Assembly: GCA_964499705.1 (NCBI GenBank)
Contig: CAZCME010000025.1
Span: forward strand, 1 to 61,961
Length of the DNA stretch: 61,961 bases
Direction of reading: 5' to 3'
Source: an uncultured bacterium
Lineage (GTDB): Bacteria; UBA8481
A program made the position numbers and the translations under genes. Numbering within the stretch: the first letter of the stretch is position 1; every line of letters begins with the position of its first letter. Below the pieces are notes generated by a model. That model was not told the origin of the DNA and searched no databases. It saw only the letters and a list, made by a program, of their open reading frames with translations. Shown piece by piece: positions 57,726 to 61,961 of this stretch.

Positions 57726-58290
57726 GCTGATCCTGCGCCAGGGGCGTCAGGATGGCGTTATCCGCGATGGCGGGATCATTGGATGCGGCCAGCGTCTGCG
57801 ACGTGACCAGCCGTTTCCTGACGGGGATTGAGGAGGACTTTCGCTCCACGTCGGCAATCATGTCGATGCGCTTCTGATATTTGCCCCCGAGAAAATCCGT
57901 CCTGAGCCAGAGCTCGACGAGCGTCTTTGCCTGATCGGACGTGATGACCTTCGCGCCGAAAGAAATCACGTTGGCGTCGCTGTGCTCCCGGCTGATCTTC
58001 GCCGTGAATTCGTCGTGAACGACGGAGGCGCGGACGCCAGGCACCTTGTTGGCGACCATGGCGGATGGAGAACCCGCGCCATCGATGAGGATTCCGCGAT
58101 CCGCCGCCCGGACGGACACCGCGTGGGCCACGTCCCGGGCGGAGACGGGAAAGTCATACGATTCACGGCTGAAACATCCGACGTCCATGACCTCATGCCT
58201 CTGGCCTCGGAGAAATCGAATGAGCTCGGCCTTCATGTCGTAGCCGCCATGATCGCTGCCGATGACGATGCGGCAAGTTCGGGAGTTCAT
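57706..58290 (-). CDS. rpiB: RpiB/LacA/LacB family sugar-phosphate isomerase (DGAG variant with C-terminal extension)
   Basis: IGSDHGG, YDFP, ANKVPGVRA, SREHSDANVISFG and FLGGKYQKR. Confidence 0.88.
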   Translation of the reverse strand: MNSRTCRIVIGSDHGGYDMKAELIRFLRGQRHEVMDVGCFSRESYDFPVSARDVAHAVSVRAADRGILIDGAGSPSAMVANKVPGVRASVVHDEFTAKISREHSDANVISFGAKVITSDQAKTLVELWLRTDFLGGKYQKRIDMIADVERKSSSIPVRKRLVTSQTLAASNDPAIADNAILTPLAQDQLRARSR

Positions 58291-58419
58291 GGGCTCGATG
58301 ATAGGACGGCTCCGCATCCCATGGCAAGCGAAGGAAAACGGCTCGAGGCATCAGCCGCCCGCAATCTTGCGCCATTCCCCGCTGGCATGTTGCAGGCTCC
58401 GGAGGTAAGATACGGGTCT

Positions 58420-58740
58420 ATGCATCGTTGCTGGAGTTGCGGAAAGATCACGGGGATTGTCGGGCGGCCTTCGCGCACCGATGACTGCCCGTATTGCCGT
58501 GCCGAGCTGAGATGCTGCCGCGGTTGCCGATTTTACGATGCGGTGCGCTCGGGGGAATGCTCCGAGCCTCGTGCCGAACCGCCCACGGAAAAGACCAAGG
58601 TCAATTTCTGCGACTATTTCGTCGCGGCGGAAATCGCCGCGCCGGAAGTGAAGAACGGGTGGGACAAGCGGGAGCACACCGGCAACGGCGGAAATGTCAA
58701 CGATGCCAGGGCGGCTCTGAACAAGCTCTTCTCGAAATAA
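58420..58740 (+). CDS. Small Cys-rich conserved hypothetical protein
   Basis: CWSC...CPYC...CCRGCRFYD...C.EP...EKTKVNFCDYF...ARAALNKLF; GGAGG upstream. Confidence 0.8.
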   Translation: MHRCWSCGKITGIVGRPSRTDDCPYCRAELRCCRGCRFYDAVRSGECSEPRAEPPTEKTKVNFCDYFVAAEIAAPEVKNGWDKREHTGNGGNVNDARAALNKLFSK

Positions 58741-58808
58741 TCATGAAGTGATACACGCGGAAGCGGGGAATGGCGGGCCGGCAAAATACAAGACCAAATA
58801 CAAATATA

Positions 58809-58980
58809 GTCCCGCCGCTGCCGTGGTGCGTTTCATTTATGGACCCTGTAGAGACAGGTGGGCGCCCCAGGCCGGTTCAGCTTACCTTCCCGGAGGAAAG
58901 CGTCGCGTTCCCGCCATATCAGGCTCCCGTCCAAAAAAATGTTGGGTCAAAAAATCAACGCTCCGCGCACAGCGCAGGAC
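58809..58980 (-). ncRNA. ssrS: 6S RNA
   Basis: 172-nt rod with pairs GTCCTGC/GCGGGAC, GCTGT/GCAGC, GCGTT/AACGC, GACCC/GGGTC and GGGAGCC/GGCGCCC. It has a central bubble AACATTTTTTT and the 6S-like CACCTG...CAGGGTCCA...CGGCA segment. Confidence 0.85.
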
Positions 58981-58987
58981 CACATCC

Positions 58988-59017
58988 ACTATAGCTCTCT
59001 CTTTCAGAAAATTTCAA
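58988..59017 (-). promoter_or_regulatory. Sigma70 promoter of the 6S RNA
   Basis: Minus strand TTGAAA-N18-TATAGT, 7 nt upstream of the predicted 5' stem. Confidence 0.7.
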
Positions 59018-59150
59018 GATTAATCAAAATGTTTTTTTATTCCGACCATCCTTCGAGAACATGACACGATTCGTGGTAGTGGGGTTGCGGCGCGCGTTGC
59101 GGATGCTCTACAATACATCCGATGCATCCGGCATCACGGAGGTTTTACCA

Positions 59151-60164
59151 GTGAGAAATGCGACAAGGGTCATGATCGTCGTGGTTGGCGTGGCGCTGAT
59201 GGGCGCTTGGAACTCGCCGGCGCGAGCCGCGGTGGCTTCGCGCGGGAAGATTGTTCACGCCATGAAGGACACGAGTCGGCTTGACGCGCGCTTCGCAGGA
59301 ACCCTCAAACCGGGCGTGGAATACCACGCGGTGATCGAACTGGCCAGGGGCGGCAAGGTCGACATTCTTTTCTATCCGGAGACGGCTCCCAATCACGTCG
59401 CCAATTTCGTCTCCCTGGCGCGCAAGGGGTATTATGACAGCGTGACGTTTCACCGCGTCCTGCCGGGATTCATGGCGCAGGGAGGAGATCCTTCGGGAAC
59501 AGGCGCCGGCGGTCCGGGTTATGCCATCAATGCGGAATTCTCCAACGTGCCGCATCTCCGGGGAACCGTGTCCATGGCGAGAACAAACGATCCGAACTCG
59601 GCGGGCTCCCAGTTCTTCATCTGTTTTCAGCCGACACCCTTCCTGGACGGGAAATACACGGTCTTTGGCCAAGTGGTGAAAGGCATGGACCGCGTCGATT
59701 CGCTGACTCCGCGCGATCCCGCGCGGAATCCAGGATTCACGGGTGATGCGATCAGGACCGTGAAGATTGTGGAAGTGGCCGGTAAGAAACCAGCATCAAG
59801 ACCGGCCCGCACGCGGCGTCGGGGAACAAAATCTTCATCCAAGCCATTGGGATCGGTGCGCGAGGAGCAGTTCTCTTTTTCTCAGGATGTTCTTCCCCTC
59901 GCGGCACCGCAACAACTTGCTTTCGCGCTCTCGGGTTGCGCACAACCGGGATACCAGCCGAATTCGGGATACCAAGTTCAATTGTACCAGAAGAACCCGG
60001 GTCGATTCGTCGTCAACGGCGTGTCCGTTTCGCCGGCGCAGGCTGTTCTGCCGGGCACGGCGATCATGCACCCCGCCAAGCCCGCAAGCGGTTACACTCC
60101 TAATTCCGGCCATATATTGCTTCCGGCGTGCGGAGCCACCGCTGCAACGGGAGCAGCTTCCTAG
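59151..60164 (+). CDS. Exported cyclophilin-type peptidyl-prolyl cis-trans isomerase with C-terminal extension
   Basis: GGAGG RBS plus GTG, signal peptide, APNHVANF, FHRVLPGFMAQGGDP, SMART, SAGSQFFI and LDGKYTVFGQV. Confidence 0.92.
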   Translation: MRNATRVMIVVVGVALMGAWNSPARAAVASRGKIVHAMKDTSRLDARFAGTLKPGVEYHAVIELARGGKVDILFYPETAPNHVANFVSLARKGYYDSVTFHRVLPGFMAQGGDPSGTGAGGPGYAINAEFSNVPHLRGTVSMARTNDPNSAGSQFFICFQPTPFLDGKYTVFGQVVKGMDRVDSLTPRDPARNPGFTGDAIRTVKIVEVAGKKPASRPARTRRRGTKSSSKPLGSVREEQFSFSQDVLPLAAPQQLAFALSGCAQPGYQPNSGYQVQLYQKNPGRFVVNGVSVSPAQAVLPGTAIMHPAKPASGYTPNSGHILLPACGATAATGAAS

Positions 60165-60245
60165 AGCGGCTCGTCAGGCAGTATCTATTTTGCATTCCGG
60201 GCGTGATAAACCCCAAATCGCCGGAACCCTATCCTCCAACGATAT

Positions 60246-60848
60246 TCAGGGGAGAGACCAGATTCCTGCGCTGGCCTTGCGGGCGTTATCCTGGATCTCA
60301 TACCACGCCTGTTCGTTGATAATAGCCCTATTGTCCAGAAAATAGGTCTTCGCAAGGCCAAGTCGAACCAGTTCGACGTTGATAACTTTAGAGTCAGAAA
60401 GGACCAGGGCGAGCGTGCGGCCGTAACGATCGGTGGGCTCCTCGTCCGGGACAATCAGCGTGATTTCCCTGCCTTTCAGGGTCCGTAAGAGATAATCCCG
60501 GGCGTCATTTCCAAAAGGTTCGGGCTGGGATTCGCCTCGATCCGGGTGCGCGATTTCGGGGCAATTGATGCCGAGAAAACGGACCGCGATTCCGTCGCTT
60601 GTCTTGATCGTGTCCCCGTCGTAGACGTAAGCGCAAACGGTTGCGATCCTCTTGTGGGGAATATGCGTTTTCCAGAGGATCAGAGTATCGACCGTGGAAG
60701 CGACCGTCTGGTGGAGGGCTACAGTCGTGTCGGCGATCGGTGTTGAGAAGGCCATCACCGGCGCGGGCTGAGGCGCGCTCCTGGCGCACGACAAAAGGCA
60801 GAACGCGACGGGCCAGAGGAGGCGTTTCATGATCGCGATCATGGTCAT
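60246..60848 (-). CDS. Thermonuclease (SNase-like) lipoprotein
   Basis: Lipobox LLSC, YDGDTI, RFLGINCPE, DRYGRTLA, NVELVRLGLA and AGIWS. Confidence 0.92.
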   Translation of the reverse strand: MTMIAIMKRLLWPVAFCLLSCARSAPQPAPVMAFSTPIADTTVALHQTVASTVDTLILWKTHIPHKRIATVCAYVYDGDTIKTSDGIAVRFLGINCPEIAHPDRGESQPEPFGNDARDYLLRTLKGREITLIVPDEEPTDRYGRTLALVLSDSKVINVELVRLGLAKTYFLDNRAIINEQAWYEIQDNARKASAGIWSLP

Positions 60849-61179
60849 GTCAGCGGCTGGTCGTCAACAGGCGAATCTCGATTGTAACTTGTCGTGAGGC
60901 GTGTGCGAGACATGTAATTATTTAGCGGAAGTGAATCCTGTGAAAGATCTGATTTTCAGAACTTCAGACCCCGAATTCGTCTGTAAAAAAACTTACTGAC
61001 ATTTTTGGATGTTTTTGACGATTATTGTCCAGTTAAATCGACGAATTCTAGTATGCTGATACTCAATGTGGTAACCGCAGGTACTCAAATAATTGCCGCG
61101 TGTCAGGGAGGACGGTAGTTTTTGGATAACGGGGTCAGGGGTTATAGTTAAGCTCGTGCGTTCCCGTGAGAAACATGGG

Positions 61180-61961
61180 TTGGGAACGTGTCTCCATCAC
61201 GCGTGTCGTTTTCTTCTCCTCTTCTATTGTGTCGCGATTCTGATTTCCACGATGGCGATCGTGGAAGTCCATGCGGCGACGAACGACAACAATGTCGAGA
61301 ATAACGGTGGCCAACCCCGTCACGTTCCCGGTGAAGAAGCCTGGATCACCGCGGGATTCAACATGCGGAACGCGACCAACGTTGATGATCTCGATGCGCC
61401 GTTCTTTTACTTCTCCGTCTGGGGGAACGACATTACGGGCGCGGAGTTCAATTCGAGCGCGAACAATTGGTCCGCCTACACAATGGTCTACGATTCCGAT
61501 CACGACGCGAAGTCCTACTGGCGGACGGCGGCGGGCATAACGGAGATCCGGGACAAAAATCCAGGAACGATCATTTATTACGACTTCAAGGCCATCGACG
61601 GCACGAACCAGAAATGGATCAAGGCCGACGGCGTCTTTGATAATCCGAACCAGGGGAATTCCTTCAGCTTTACGGTCGAAGGAGTTACGTCGCAGCCTAC
61701 GTCCGTCGCGGGCGATTCCTCGGCGACCTCGACCGTGTCCGCATGGGTCACGAATGCGGGCCAGCCGGTTTCGGGCGAGGTTGTCACGTTCACGTTCGTC
61801 TCCGGCCCTGGAGCTTTCGTCTCGACGAACAATCAGACGGCGACCGCGAACACGGACGCAAGCGGAAAGGCCACGGTCCAGGTCCGATCCGGCACGGCCG
61901 GCAATGCGCTCATCCAGGCTTCGTCCACCAACTTCGCTGATTCCGGCGATACGGCGACCAA
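61180..61961 (+). CDS. Partial (3'-truncated) secreted/surface protein: CBM34-like N-domain followed by a bacterial Ig-like (Big_1) domain
   Basis: Not in the ORF track because it has no stop in the window. My translation gives a signal peptide, AATNDNNVE...DITGA...MVYDS...YW...YYDFKAIDGT...W, then GQPVSGEVVTF...ANTDASGKATVQVRSGTAG. The start is uncertain (61156 or 61180). Confidence 0.8.
   Translation, partial: MGTCLHHACRFLLLFYCVAILISTMAIVEVHAATNDNNVENNGGQPRHVPGEEAWITAGFNMRNATNVDDLDAPFFYFSVWGNDITGAEFNSSANNWSAYTMVYDSDHDAKSYWRTAAGITEIRDKNPGTIIYYDFKAIDGTNQKWIKADGVFDNPNQGNSFSFTVEGVTSQPTSVAGDSSATSTVSAWVTNAGQPVSGEVVTFTFVSGPGAFVSTNNQTATANTDASGKATVQVRSGTAGNALIQASSTNFADSGDTAT

Noticed and set aside
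58748-59064. Short plus-strand ORFs 58748-59023, 58770-58994 and 58858-59064
   Set aside because: They overlap the 6S RNA and its promoter and show no protein motifs.
1-61961. CRISPR array, tRNA or rRNA genes
   Set aside because: I saw no regularly spaced direct repeats with unique spacers, no cas genes, and no cloverleaf or rRNA-like segment by eye. tRNAscan and Infernal were not run.

Overview
GC-rich bacterial chromosomal window. I found no rRNA, tRNA or CRISPR array, and about 55 supportable CDS. Layout: (1) 38-8086, an ABC exporter / TPR-CPBP protease operon plus an O-antigen-ligase-TPR protein. (2) 8362-12026, trpD, a rhomboid protease and methylmalonyl-CoA accessory genes (B12-binding subunit, meaB, mce). 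(3) 12023-26916, an accessory cluster of exported CsgG/FlgO-like and TPR proteins with Asp-box and CBM9-like domains, a 5'-nucleotidase homologue with degenerate metal motifs, and a cNMP-binding protein. (4) 26978-41789, housekeeping genes: DUF512 radical SAM, DHH phosphoesterase, mnmA, aroC, M16 peptidase, AI-2E transporter, a BCCP-like protein lacking the biotinyl Lys, accC, thiE, geranylgeranyl reductase, pssA, psd and NERD. (5) 41889-56059, an accessory region with an ECF sigma / zinc anti-sigma pair, DUF1223, exported MsrAB, a secreted protein that is about 47% Met, two paralogous NTT-like carriers around a Zn-finger/CpaF/cyclase operon, and an IS1595-like ORF missing its catalytic Asp residues. 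(6) 56185-61961, a sugar isomerase, an RpiB variant, a 6S RNA, a cyclophilin, a thermonuclease and the start of a CBM34/Ig-like surface protein. The best candidates for undescribed systems are a putative ECF-controlled methionine-sink/repair regulon (shared GTAAG-N16/17-CGAC-type promoters) and the CsgG-like/TPR/pseudo-enzyme envelope cluster. Two families of palindromic intergenic repeats and a pervasive leaderless promoter architecture are also visible. All family calls come from motif recognition by eye; no searches were run.
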